A program made the position numbers and the translations under genes. From Amoebophrya sp. A120 (taxonomy: Eukaryota; Protista; Dinoflagellata): 64,000 bases of DNA. The notes beneath the pieces were generated by a model, which made no database searches, was not told the DNA's origin, and worked only from the letters and a program-made list of their open reading frames with translations. Position 1 is the stretch's first letter. Each line of letters begins with the position of its first letter. This document shows, one piece after another, positions 1 to 11,591 of the stretch. Where the stretch lies: the NCBI GenBank assembly GCA_905178155.1, contig CAJINV010000001.1, positions 9,941,865 to 10,005,864 of the forward strand. The letters are read 5' to 3'.

Positions 1-129
1 GTTTCAGTCTGTCTTCAGTGCTTAGTCATGTTTTCAACGTAAACCTAATTACAAAGCAATATGCTCTTTACTCGCACGCCATACAACTTGCAGCGCAGGT
101 TCAGAAAACTTCTAGAAACATGAACATCG

Positions 130-1018
130 AACAGAAAGTACCATCTTACCGCTCATTCCCGACCTGTCTGGCAGCAGCAGGTTCAGCAGAAAGGAGTCTT
201 TCGCTAGCGGTAGACTCAACTTCCCTAATCCCAAATACCCCGTGATCCCGGAGGGAAGTAGATTCTGGGGCAGCTCGTACGCGGACAGAACCGGCTGCTT
301 GTTGACAAACACACTGCTGCTTACTGCCACCTTCGTCTCGACCGCGTAGCCGGAAACGACCCCGAGTCGCCCCACCGTGACGCTCTTTACTTTTTTCTTG
401 GCCGTATCCTCACCTGAATCAAATTTCGTGACGGAACTCGGGCAGTCCCCGCAACTGGCATCGGGAACGAAGAGCGCGGGTGACCTCGTGTCAATGTACA
501 CAGGGAACTTCTGCTCCGCACCGCCGTTGAGGGGCGAAACGAGAAGGGTCGTGGAAACCGCGGTGGACTGTTTTGGCCTCGTTCTCTGATGTGTTCTTCG
601 TCCTGCGGCTAGTGCTCCATTATCGCGCATGACACCGCCTGCTCCGAACAAGTCTTGTATTCTTACATCCTCCTTGTTGGTACCGCCAGAGTTGTGAAGA
701 TCTGCGGGAGAATCCTTCAACGACGCGTCTGCAACTTTCGTAGGGGAGGCTGAGGAGTCTGTTTTACCAGGTTCCTCTTCGTTCTGGTGCCGTTGTAAAA
801 TTGGCGAAAAAGCGTTCCTGTCCTCGGCACGCTTTATTCTTTCAAAGTTATGTTTCCGCAACCGTAGTCGGACCTCTTTTTCCCCCGGCGCAGCGGCCGA
901 CTTCGGCTTCCGTCGCGTGTACTGGTAGGTGAGTATCAGGCACACCCATATGGCACAGATGGCGTACCAGCGACACAGAAACCCACGCCGCTGCACGCGG
1001 CGAGGTGGTGCGGGCGGC
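130..1018 (-). CDS. Aspartic protease-like protein (pepsin/plasmepsin family), partial
   Basis: Hydrophobic anchor (WYAICAIWVCLILTY), long pro-region, then VYIDTRSPALFVPDASCGDC (cf. VxFDTGSSxLWVPxxxC) and GITGYLGLG. The 5' end is lost in the N gap and the 3' exons lie beyond the window start. Confidence 0.65.
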
Positions 1019-1216
1019 NNNNNNNNNNNNNNNNNNNNNNNNNNNNNNNNNNNNNNNNNNNNNNNNNNNNNNNNNNNNNNNNNNNNNNNNNNNNNNNNNN
1101 NNNNNNNNNNNNNNNNNNNNNNNNNNNNNNNNNNNNNNNNNNNNNNNNNNNNNNNNNNNNNNNNNNNNNNNNNNNNNNNNNNNNNNNNNNNNNNNNNNNN
1201 NNNNNNNNNNNNNNNN
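1019..1216. other. Assembly gap (198 N)
   Basis: Run of n characters. Confidence 0.99.

Positions 1217-1268
<52 letters not shown>
1217..1268. repeat. (AG)n microsatellite
   Basis: Perfect AG dinucleotide run abutting the gap. Confidence 0.98.
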
Positions 1269-1274
<6 letters not shown>

Positions 1275-1874
1275 TACACGTCACCCAGTAAACAACATAG
1301 CAAAGACGTTCAGGCTCGGGGTCTTGAATCACCCGGGTAGTTGGCTTAGACGCCAATACTATTCGCAAATCCGACAGCCTTTTTGTACCTCTCTAACAGC
1401 AGGCGCCCTATTTCTTCCAAGAGACTCAGACCGCCCACCGGCGCACAAGCCGAGAACACCTTTAGTGTACTCGACGAAAATAAATGAGCAGCGTGCTGAA
1501 GATTTTTCGCGTCTTTATTGATATCTCTTGGAAACGTTGAAACTGACTTGCTCCTTTTCTTCACTATCTACACATGTCTAAGGTTTCACTTCCTATCTTG
1601 TCACCATACTGGTCAAAGCCAGCACCTACTTCTGTGTGCTTTTCTTTTCACTGAAACTTTCTTGGTTCACTATCACTTGGTCTGTTGAGCTATTATTGAG
1701 AGCGTCGTAACGCAGTTACGAACAAGTATTCGTAGGTATGAAAAACGAAGCCCGACCACGCGCTCGGGTTTTGCACCCGCGCACCTGCTAAAAGAATACT
1801 GAAAAACAACCATGATGCACTGTTGTGTTGCTATACTCTTCTAAAGGATCTCCAATGGAGAGGAAGAAAACTTT

Positions 1875-4750
1875 TCAGAACAACTTCACTTCCGCCAGAG
1901 ACAACGCGCAGGCCTGTGAGATGAAGACCAAGTAAAGCCCCAGCATCAAGTACCCCGTGTTGCGAAACAAAACCCACTCGGCCTTGACTACTAATCCAAC
2001 CGTGGTTAACAACATCAGTAGCAGCACCAAAGTGGAGAAAATCATGTTGTCTGTGTAGATGCCCATTGGTCGCCCGTTGTTCCAAGCCGTGTAAACCATC
2101 CATGGCACCGGGAGCCCAACTAAGACGTCGAAGATGTTACTTCCAATCGAGCTGCTTACCTGTTAGTTTCGTTGCGTGCAGCACCTTCTGTGCACGACTG
2201 GGTAGGAAGCACGCTGACCAGGAGAGCAGCAACAATCATGCTTTTCACATTGTTATTCTCAACGAAAGTGGTCCTCACATCGTATTTGACAGGAAAAACG
2301 TACTGCCATGTCTCCCTTGCCAACTTTTGCGACGATGACCGACGCGAGCAGATCTGGCACGCTGGTTCCCGCGGCAAGCAGTGTCAGCCCTAGAATTCGC
2401 ACTTCTATGCCGACCCACGCGGCGAGAATTGAGGCCCACTTGACCATGTAGGCGGCAGCGACGGAGATGTACAGCAACGAGGCGCCAAAACTCAGCGCAT
2501 ACCACTTTTTCCGCTCGGGTCGACGTACATCGGGCACGGTGTACAGAAGGGTCACTAGAATGGGAAACGTCACAATGAAAATCGCGCGGCGCTTCATGCT
2601 CGTCGGGAACACCAGCTCCAGTGGCCGTGCTTCGTCCTCGTCGTCGTCCTCGTCTATCGTGGGCCCGTCCGGCGGAGTGATTGCGGGGATCCCGCTGGTG
2701 TTCTGATTCATCTCGGCGTCAGCTGCGAGGGGCGCGTTCTTGATTGCCGAGTGTCTTCCATTCGGGCTTGTGGGGTCTATTTCGTCCGCTTCGTCGTCAC
2801 TGGTGTCATGTTTTGTTCTTAGTTTACGTGTTTTTCCACGACGAAAAACAACGCAGAACGAATCTCGCTCGTGGTCTGAAAGCATCATACGAAAGGAAGC
2901 TAGTTATATCAATCCCAGCGTCACTCGCAAACAGAAAAAAATCCTTACGGACTATCCACCGGCACGAGCGAGTCCCAGGCTCTTTTACTAGGCTCCGCAT
3001 GATCTCCACCGCCCTCTCCTTGCTCCAGCATCGCCCGATTCGCGATTGTCGCGATTTGGGCCGCCATGGGCTCGTTGAGAAGATTGGTGATGGTGTTCGC
3101 GCGCTTCCTGCGAAACTTGAAGGTTGTCTTCTCCTCCTTCCCCAAGTGCACGGAGCTGGACACCGAGTCGTGCCTTTTCAACGAACTTCGCATCGGCTTG
3201 AAGATGACGCGGCCGTGCTGCGACGTTCGCCCGCCTGCATGTTCGCCGGACGTTGGCATTCCTCGATGCGAATCTCGCCCTCTCACCGTCCCGCCGTCAT
3301 CAAAAGACTGGGTCTTCTTTAGAGCGCGGCTGTGCCGACCGTTTCGTGTTGGCGTCACGGGTTGGTTGGTCGGGGAAGGAGGGTTACTTCCACCAGAAAT
3401 CTGACGCTCCTGTGCGCAAGTTCCGGGTGCTTCTTCCGGCAAAGGTGGTTCACTGAAATGAAAATGTGTGTTGTGTAAAAACTTCTGACACTCCTTATTT
3501 TTTCTTTCCTCAAAGACAGAAAGCCTTGCTACAACGCGGAAAATGTTTCTGATGAAAATTCAATGTACTGCTCATTCATCCCGGCTTCTTCCAAAAGCGT
3601 TGGCGATCCTGCAGGATCTCGGCCCCCAGCTTCCGTGGGTGACAAAGCCTCAACGTGTGTAGCTCCCCGTCCCAGCGCGAGCGAACACAGGCCGAGAATT
3701 CGCTGCGTTTTTTTTTAAAATTCAGATCAATGGCATCCGGTGGCTCAGTTGGTTTTCTTTACTTCTGCGGCATTTTGAAAAAGCGAAACACGTGAAGATG
3801 TTCCATCAAACCTGCGCTAGCGGTTGCCCGGCCGATTCCTCCCACTGGTCACAGATTGCCTGTTCTATCGTTTCCGAGCGCGCCATGAAGCAGCAGTAGG
3901 CCACGTAAACCAAGAAGAGCAGCGCTGCTTCGGCGGGAAACACCTTCCCGTCGAGGAACGTGAACAGCACGCAGAGCAGGGCGAACGCGTACCACAAACT
4001 GTCCCGGAAGAGCGGCCACCACGACAGCTTCAGCGGCTCGGGGGACACGATGCCGCAGGCACCAATGACGAACAGGACGTTGAAGACCGCGGATCCAAGG
4101 ATGGTGCCGACGCCCACATCCGACTCGGTCAACCACATACACCCGATCAGGCTCGTGAAGAACTCCGGCGCGCTCCCGCCGGCCGCCATAAACGTCGCGC
4201 CCGCTACATCCTCCGAAAGTTCCGCGCGCTCCGCGAGAACCTCGAGGCTGAGTGGATTAAAGGGTTTTTTTTTGTTTTGGTGTGAAGGGCGGTGGACGAC
4301 ATTCATAGGCTCTAAATCAGCAGGCGTGCTGAACCCGCGGCGCAGCAATTCGGTGGACACAAAGCGATATGTGAGCTCGCCTCGAAGGTGGAACAAAACA
4401 GCAAGAAGTCGTAGATAGATACTTACACTCTTTTACCTTGGAACAAAGAATTCCTCGCAGACGATGGCTAAGAATGCGAAGCAATACATCACCCCGAGGA
4501 AGAGCGCAAAGGCTTCGCCACCGTTGCTGATTTCGTACTGATCCGCGACTATCACCGGAGACAAGGGGTGATCATCCGAAGCCTGGGAAAGCCTTCTGCG
4601 CTCCACTTTTCGATGATCCGGTATGGTGGCCGACTGGGCGCCCGAAGGACCGGCGGCTCCCGCGACGGCGGTTTCAAACCGAGCTCCGACGGGGTCCAGC
4701 AGTAGTGCGATCGCCGCTAGAAAGAGCGGCTGCCCCCCGCGCCGGATCAT
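1875..4750 (-). CDS. K+-dependent Na+/Ca2+ exchanger (NCKX/SLC24 family), multi-exon
   Basis: Signal peptide at 4750, CEEFFVPS|LEVL (GT-AG intron ~4248-4436), alpha-1 repeat GATFMAAGGSAPEFF, alpha-2 repeat GLTLLAAGTSVPDLL, GKGDMA|VSSSIGSNIFDVLVGLPVPW, stop at 1875. Confidence 0.93.
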
Positions 4751-6227
4751 TGCTGGAAAGGCGCGTCGCGGAGGCTAGCGGGCGCAGCCAGGCGGGACTG
4801 CTGCAGGGCCATGGTCGTCTGCACCGCGCAGAGCGGTCTTATCTTACCGCGCAGGCCAGCAGGCGCGATTCCGATCGGCCGTACGCGAGCGGCCGCGGTT
4901 GGGGTATTGCGAAGAAACTAAGTGGAGCAAGTCGCTACGCTTTTTATGCCTTTGTATTTAGTACACGCAGGCACGCCTTGAAATCACTGTCGCTCCGCTC
5001 CACATGAGCCGGTGCCTCGCTCTATGATATTTTACGCTAGGAGCACCTAGCCACTCGCTAGAAAAAAACAAGGCATCGGCCGAATGAGGTCCTTTCGCGG
5101 CGGATGACAAAAGAACCGCGAACCGATAGGCAATTGGAAGCGTTCGCGCTGCGCCACGAGGCCCAGCAGCGAGGCTCCGACCGACTCCGCTTTGCAAGAA
5201 GTTTCTTGCAGCAGTCCACGGGGGCCCTTGGGACTTTGCGGCACGGCCCCGCGCGACCGCGCTCTGGGTGGTGCAGCTTTTCCTGCAGGCGCGCCGGCAA
5301 GCGCCTTTTCGGCCGGCGATAAAAACGAATGGCCCGCGCGGCAAAACCGCGAGCCGCCCGGCAGCGCGCGCGCCTCGGGTTTCTTGGCATTCCGGCCGGG
5401 GCGCGTGGCCTCCATCGGCGCAGGCGGGCAGGTAGTTTACTAGCGGATTCAGCCGGCGAAGACCTGGCGCGAAACCCCGCGCGCTGGCCACGTTCCTCCA
5501 ATGTCCAAGGCCCGGCCCGGCCGGCGGCCGCACGGCCAAAGCCCCTTCCCCCATCCACATGCCGAGGCCGCTTCTATACCCGCCCATCGAGGCTTTTCCC
5601 AACCCCCTCTTTTCCCGGTTTTCTAAGCCTGCCCAAGCGGGCCGTCGGAGCGCCCTTGTCGCGTTCGGCCAATCGCGGTCGATACACCCGGCCAGAGTCG
5701 GTCGCCGGAGCCCTATGTACCCCCCTCCCGCCCTATGATCCATGCTGGTGCCGGCGTCAGAGCTCCGATCAGGCATAATTGGAGCCCGGCGACTTCCCGA
5801 TTTTCGAAAATTCCAGTGGAAGCTGGTGTGCTATCTTTTTTTCGTTTTACATTAGAGAAACAGACTAACGTTCCGGGAGAATGTGCGTTCTTCAACGTTC
5901 GCTGCATATTTTGTTAGCATTATGCTCGGTAGGGTTGAGGATCTTTGTCATTTACATAGAGGTCCACTTTTGACGAAAATTGAAAAAGTCCACTGATTTC
6001 ATCTTTTATAGTATTGAACTGCATATAAATCAATTGTGTGCATTATATAAGGTCTTCGGATACATCTACTCACTTCTTTTCATCCTATTAGTCAGCTTTT
6101 CTCAAAGGTCCAAAGTCCTCACTTTTTCCAAAAATTTTAAAACTGTAAAAATTCTAAGACTTTCATCGATTTCGGACAGTGTCTCAATTATTTCCATGCA
6201 TTACGATGCAAATGCCCTTGCTCTTGT

Positions 6228-6611
6228 TGTTAAATCCGGTGGGGGGAGACGATGGAACACAGGCCCCCACCGGCTAAGCAACCCACATCCGCGTGGGGCA
6301 GATCGATCATAATAGTAATAGAATAGACCCAAACTAGTGCACAAACAGCATGGCCGCATCATCATCATCAAGCACCAAACATCCTCCATCGACATCAACA
6401 GCATAGCAGTAGCCTCCTCTGTGTGTAGGCCTCTCTATTGGGCCCTCTACTCTTGTCCTCGTACCCTCCTGGCGGACCATCTACCGACGCTCTCGATAGA
6501 CTGCGACGGTACAAACACGATAACGCTAGGCGCAGGCGCTATAATTTCACTATAGGGCCACAATGTGGCGCCACGGCCGCCACCACAAGGTGACCGTGGC
6601 CCACTTTGTTA
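6228..6611 (-). repeat. 3' LTR (384 bp)
   Basis: Direct repeat of 9193-9641, adjacent to the polypurine tract. Confidence 0.88.
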
Positions 6612-6613
6612 TA

Positions 6614-6624
6614 TCCCCCTTCTC
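6614..6624 (-). other. Polypurine tract
   Basis: Minus-strand GAGAAGGGGGA, 2 nt upstream of the 3' LTR. Confidence 0.75.
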
Positions 6625-8364
6625 GAAAAATAGGTCTTAGCCCACTAAAAAGGCACAGAAAATGCCAGTGCGTAGTAAGTGAAGCTCAACCAAAAGCAGC
6701 CGTGACTGGATAAAGTACCCGCGAAGGGAGAAAGAAATGAAGCAACCGCGTAACTATCCGGAAGTCGTGTTTTGTGAAATGCAGGAAAATGAATACTGCC
6801 AAAGCTCTTACACAGTATCTCGCCAGGAAGGGAGTCCAACCGCTAGCCCCCCTCGAGACTGTACGCGGGGCTGTCCTCAGAGGTCCTCAATAGCCACTGG
6901 GCACTCGAAGCGCTCGAGCTTATTGCCCCCACTGGAACTAAGCCATGTATAACTGTAGACGCAAAAGAACTCTGCTGGTAGAAGAAGCTGCACGCACAGG
7001 GCACGAGCTCAACACAGCTCGACAACTTTACCCCCGGAACGTGCACACCGCAAAAGACCAACAAAAACGCGATAAAGATACAGAGGCTAACATCACCAGG
7101 ATTGGCAAAGTACTGCTATCCAGGCCTGGTTTTTGCGCGCAGCCAGCTGAAAACGATGAGAATAGTTGTTGCCGGTAGAGCTAATTTATGTGAAAACGCA
7201 TTACAGATTCCTTGTCTTTATCCACAATCCTCTGTCAGCGCGTGCATTTACATGTTAGGTTACAATAACAGCACGCCTTTCTTCGAAGGGGTACATATTT
7301 TCTGAAAATGGAAACGAAAATATCAACAAAGGTGAAACCGTGAGAACGCAGCACGAAGGAGCGAAAGCGCTGGCCAGTCACTGTCCCCTCCTCGCTCTGC
7401 CATGTGGTAAAAACGATCAGAAACAGATAAGAACGCAAGCGAAACTTTGCACAACAGGCAAAGATCGCGCTTTTGCGCGAAAGTGAAAAGCTGAGAGCCT
7501 AGTAGACATCCGGAAACGTTTGTAAAAATGTAAAGAACATAACTAACCTAGCTGCCCGTCCGTACGCGCCACCGTCTCAACTCGGACGAGACAATGGTAG
7601 CGCCAGCACACTATATAGAGTTCTTGTCCACGAGATTGATGACCTGCGTCCCCGAAACCCCCAAACGCAGCCAACACGCTTGGCAATGCGAATGGTGTGT
7701 CCTCGAGATTATTCATATCCACGAAAGCCCGCACGCAGCCAACACGCTTGGCTGGTGCGCGTTGTGTCCCCGAGATTGTGCCCGCGAAAATTCAAATAGA
7801 GATACCTAACGCACTCGAAAAACGTATATAGCAATTAGATAGAAATGCAATAAGAGGCGCAGCTCATGGTTGGAAAGGGCTACTCAGCTGCGAGGAAACT
7901 CTAGTGATGCTGCGAAACAAATTTTGAAAACTTAGAAACAGGAGATGGCAGCAACGTCTGATAACTAGCGGCTTTTGGGTAGGGCGGCGTGATAAGTTTT
8001 GTAAGTAACTGAAGATAGCCAGACGGTAAAACGAGAAGCGCTGGCGTGTAAAATCGCATGACAAAGTTGTAAAAATGTAAAAACTAAAACTGTAAACCTA
8101 GATGGCTTGCCTGGAAGTAAAGTTATTCGCGCCCTGATTGGATAGATAGTGGCAACCTAAGAATACTAGCGATAGCAGGAGCACCTTGCCACGACCGCTT
8201 GGCATCCTGCGGCTGAGCGTTTCCATCCTGTTTCATACGTCACATCCTGCAACGCAGTTGCATCCTGTCACGCACTTACATCCTGGAACGCTCTTCCCGC
8301 ATCCTGCAAGGAGACGCAGCGCGATGTCCCGCCCGTTCTTATCCGCTATCGTCACTCCTTGGCG

Positions 8365-8995
8365 TCACACTGCCGCAGGGGCGCGCGCTCGTGAATCAAA
8401 CCGCATGGGGTCGCTGTTGTCTCCGCACCGCCAGCAACCCGGCCTGCACACCGGATTGTAGATGAGTTTTGTACCGCGCACCAAAATTGCATCAGAATGC
8501 TGCCCGGCCCACGAAGCTCGGCCAATGGTACTCGCCGCTGCTGTGGTAGTCCGCTCCTGCTGCATGAGAGAGTGAATAGCATGGCCGAAATGAAGCGCAT
8601 TTTGCATCCCAGCTAGCTCGACTTGCTTGTCGTCCACCGATAGCATCGCGCCCTCGAGAAACAAGGGCGCCACTGTATGAGCTGCCGCGATATCAAACTT
8701 CCACCGTGCGTGGAGGAGAAACTCCCGCACGGCCTCGAATTTACTTCCGGGGCGCCCGGAACGCGCGTGATTGATCGTGGCCGCAGTGACAGAAGGCGGG
8801 AAGTCGCACTGCAGGAGAGGTTTGAACCATTTGCGTTGGCCCTTCACCGTGCTGAAGAAGAGTTTCGCGCAGCGTGCCGTGGCGCGAGGAGGAGATACTC
8901 CCGCGCCAATACTTGCAAAATGTTGAAGCCGAGCTGCTATCTTCCCTCTGTAGCCGCGCCTGTTGTCGCGGTGCGGGGACGAGAAACTCCCGCAC
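8365..8995 (-). pseudogene. Degenerate gag-like remnant
   Basis: Fragmented minus-strand ORFs just downstream of the PBS. CWRCGDNSD resembles a decayed CX2CX4HX4C zinc knuckle. Confidence 0.4.
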
Positions 8996-9175
8996 CGTAA
9001 GCCGAGCCTGGATCCAGTACCTTCACGGTACGTCGCGCCGCTTTATTGCTGATGAAAAATCCACGCTATCGCGTGCTGCGCCGCCGTTCCCGCCAAGATT
9101 CCCGCCTGCCGCACTCGAAACCCGGGCGAAGAAAAAGCGCAGCACCGTCGTGAATAGGGTCCCCGCACGTTGCAG

Positions 9176-9192
9176 CGCGGGTTGCGGCACCA
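9176..9192 (-). other. Primer binding site (tRNA-Phe-like)
   Basis: TGGTGCCGCAACCCGCG directly after the LTR-terminal CA. It resembles the complement of a tRNA-Phe 3' end (TGGTGCCGAAACCCGGG). Confidence 0.75.
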
Positions 9193-9641
9193 TGTTAAAT
9201 CCGGTGGGGGGAGACGATGGAACACAGGCCCCCACCGGCTAAGCAACCCACATCCGCGTGGGGCAGATCGATCACAATAGTAATAGAATAGACCCAAACT
9301 AGTGCACAAACAGCATGGCCACATCATCACCATCAAGCACCAAACATCCTCCATCGGCATCAACAGCATAGCAGTAGCCTCCTCTGTGTGTAGGCCTCTC
9401 TATTGGGCCCTTTACTCTTGTCCTCGTACCCTCCTGGCGGACCATCTACCGACGCTCTCGATAGACTACGACGGTACAAACACGATAACGCTAGGCGCAG
9501 GCGTTATAATTTCACTATAGGGCCACAATGTGGCGCCACGGCCGCCGCCACAAGGTGACCGTGGCTCACTTTGTTTTCACTATAGGGCCACAATGTGGCG
9601 CCACGGCCGCCACCACAAGGTGACCCTGGCCCACTTTGTTA
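9193..9641 (-). repeat. 5' LTR (449 bp, including an internal ~65-bp tandem duplication)
   Basis: Copy of 6228-6611 with the block ttcactatagggccacaatg...cactttgtt present twice. Confidence 0.88.
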
Positions 9642-11591
9642 CTTGTGCGCTTTCTACTGGATTGATATAGATAAAAAGCCTTCCACAAAGGGCCCCAATT
9701 TTTTTATTTTTTTGAAAATTTACAATAGGCAAAAAATACATGCTAAATATGTTCAAACACGATCAATATCAGCGATGCATCGGTGTAAAGGTTACGAAAG
9801 AGCGGTCTTTATCCTTTATTGCAAAAATTTTCTCTTTATTCAACAATATGAATTTTTTCAATTTTTTTCGACATATAGAAAAGCTAAAAATTTTTGCATT
9901 TATGGCAACCATCTGACAAGTAATGTAATCAATATCGGATAAATGCAATAGATATTACAGGCAACAATATGCTTAACTGATGGAATCAAAGCACTGCTCA
10001 AGAGATCAAGTCTCTTAATTTTTTTTAGTTTTTCTATTGTCGAGGATTTTGATTTTTTGTGTTATAGAGATGTAATAAAACTTCTTCACTTGATAAATGA
10101 CATAACTTAACACAAATGGGCTTTCTGTTTACCTTAACACACACATTTTGCACCTCTATAATTACCATACTTCTTCAACAGAGTCACAAGATCACTGGTA
10201 TTATGTCCCTTGGTGGGCCTATCAGCCTTCTTGGATGGGCCCCAATGGGCACATCCTATTCCATCTCCTCCAGGATCCTCCGAAACCGACCGCCGACGCC
10301 CCTGTAATGTGGTTGTCCGCCTTCTTGAAGCCCGGCCGCATGCGCAACCCCCTTCCAAAATGGAAACCCGGACCCCCCTTCCGGCCCGGGCAGTGGAGCT
10401 CCGATTCCTAATCGCCCAGGTATCTGCGCCCCGCGGGCTAGGACCGCGCGGGCTCCGCTACATTTGGTGCGCTGCCGCTCCGTCCCGTGGTGGCTTGCCC
10501 GAGTGCCTGCTTCGCCGATCTCCGTCACCCCGCTGCCGGTGCCAAAGGGCCAGCTTCGGACCATTCCACCCGCGCGGGGTGGCGGTAACGACGTTACACG
10601 AACTCACGCAAGGGGCTTGATCGGGGAGAGTCCGCACAGAAATCGGGCCCGCTGGGAATCCGGCTTCCCGATCAGCCTCGACGTCCGGATCCTCTCGAAA
10701 TACGGCCGGACCCGCGGAAAAGCTCGACTTGTAATAGCCGCCCCGCGCCCCGGTCCATGCATGCAATCGCAATCTCAAGAAGCGAAGTATGAAACAACTA
10801 AGCTGTCGGTGCAGCGGCCAAGCTGTGCCGCAGCAAGTATGCGCCAATTTGTGGCGCGGAAAGGACATCACAGAACACCGCCCGCGCCGCAACCTCCGAC
10901 AGAATATAGCAGCCGGTGTGCGCCCCGCGAGCTTAGGTCTGGTCGGGCAGCGGGCTAGCTTTTGCACCCTCGGAGACCGCGCGCCGGGCCTCTTCCCCGC
11001 CATGGCGCGTTCCGCAGTGCTGCCGCGGCGGGACCCCGCGGAGGGTGATTCAGCGCAGCGCACGCGGTAGCGACAACCGCGCGCAAGGACTTGCGTGCAC
11101 TTTTTTTACTGGTGTCATGTAGGACACCCGCGATCTCGGCCTCCGATTCCGTACGCCCGGGTGCGGACGGAAGATCTACGTTGTGGCAATGATCGTAAAA
11201 ACACGCAATCCACGTCCGGCCGGGACGAAACAATATTGATCGAAAATCTAGACGAGAAGCTCAGTCGTTGTTTCGCGGATCAGCTAGGGTAAGGATGACA
11301 CTACTGCACAAGTGCCGACTGTGCTATACTCGTTCTCGTCAGCCCTTTCGTTGATTTCCCGAAAGCAGATTTCCAATGCATGCAAAGCAGCAGTCACCAC
11401 GCAACAAAAAAACTACAGGGACACTCTCTTGTCGCAGGAGCTGTTTCTCCGATACATTTACGGTTCGCGCTGACGGTTTGCGTTGTCGCAATTCGCCTAA
11501 TAAACTGTGATCAAATTTGGTTCTGTCGCTGCTTTTTCATTTTTATTCGTTAGCAATCCGAAGAACATTGGAAATAGCACGGCCTTACAGG

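Larger units (their letters stand above)
6228..9641 (-). mobile_element. Non-autonomous LTR retroelement (3.4 kb)
   Basis: Near-identical direct repeats at 6228-6611 and 9193-9641, 5-bp TSD CTTGT (6223-6227 and 9642-9646), PBS and PPT correctly placed on the minus strand, no pol ORF. Confidence 0.88.

Noticed and set aside
848-1368. ORFs spanning the N gap with LSLSLS/RERERE runs
   Set aside because: Artefacts of translating through Ns and the (AG)n microsatellite.
4958-5778. Several 120-270 aa ORFs in the GC-rich block (similarly 10210-11233)
   Set aside because: Arg/Ala/Pro-rich open frames on both strands, expected from high GC, with no recognisable protein features.
5000-11300. Terminal inverted repeats bounding the whole strand-switch region
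   Set aside because: I could not find convincing matching termini or a TSD by eye.
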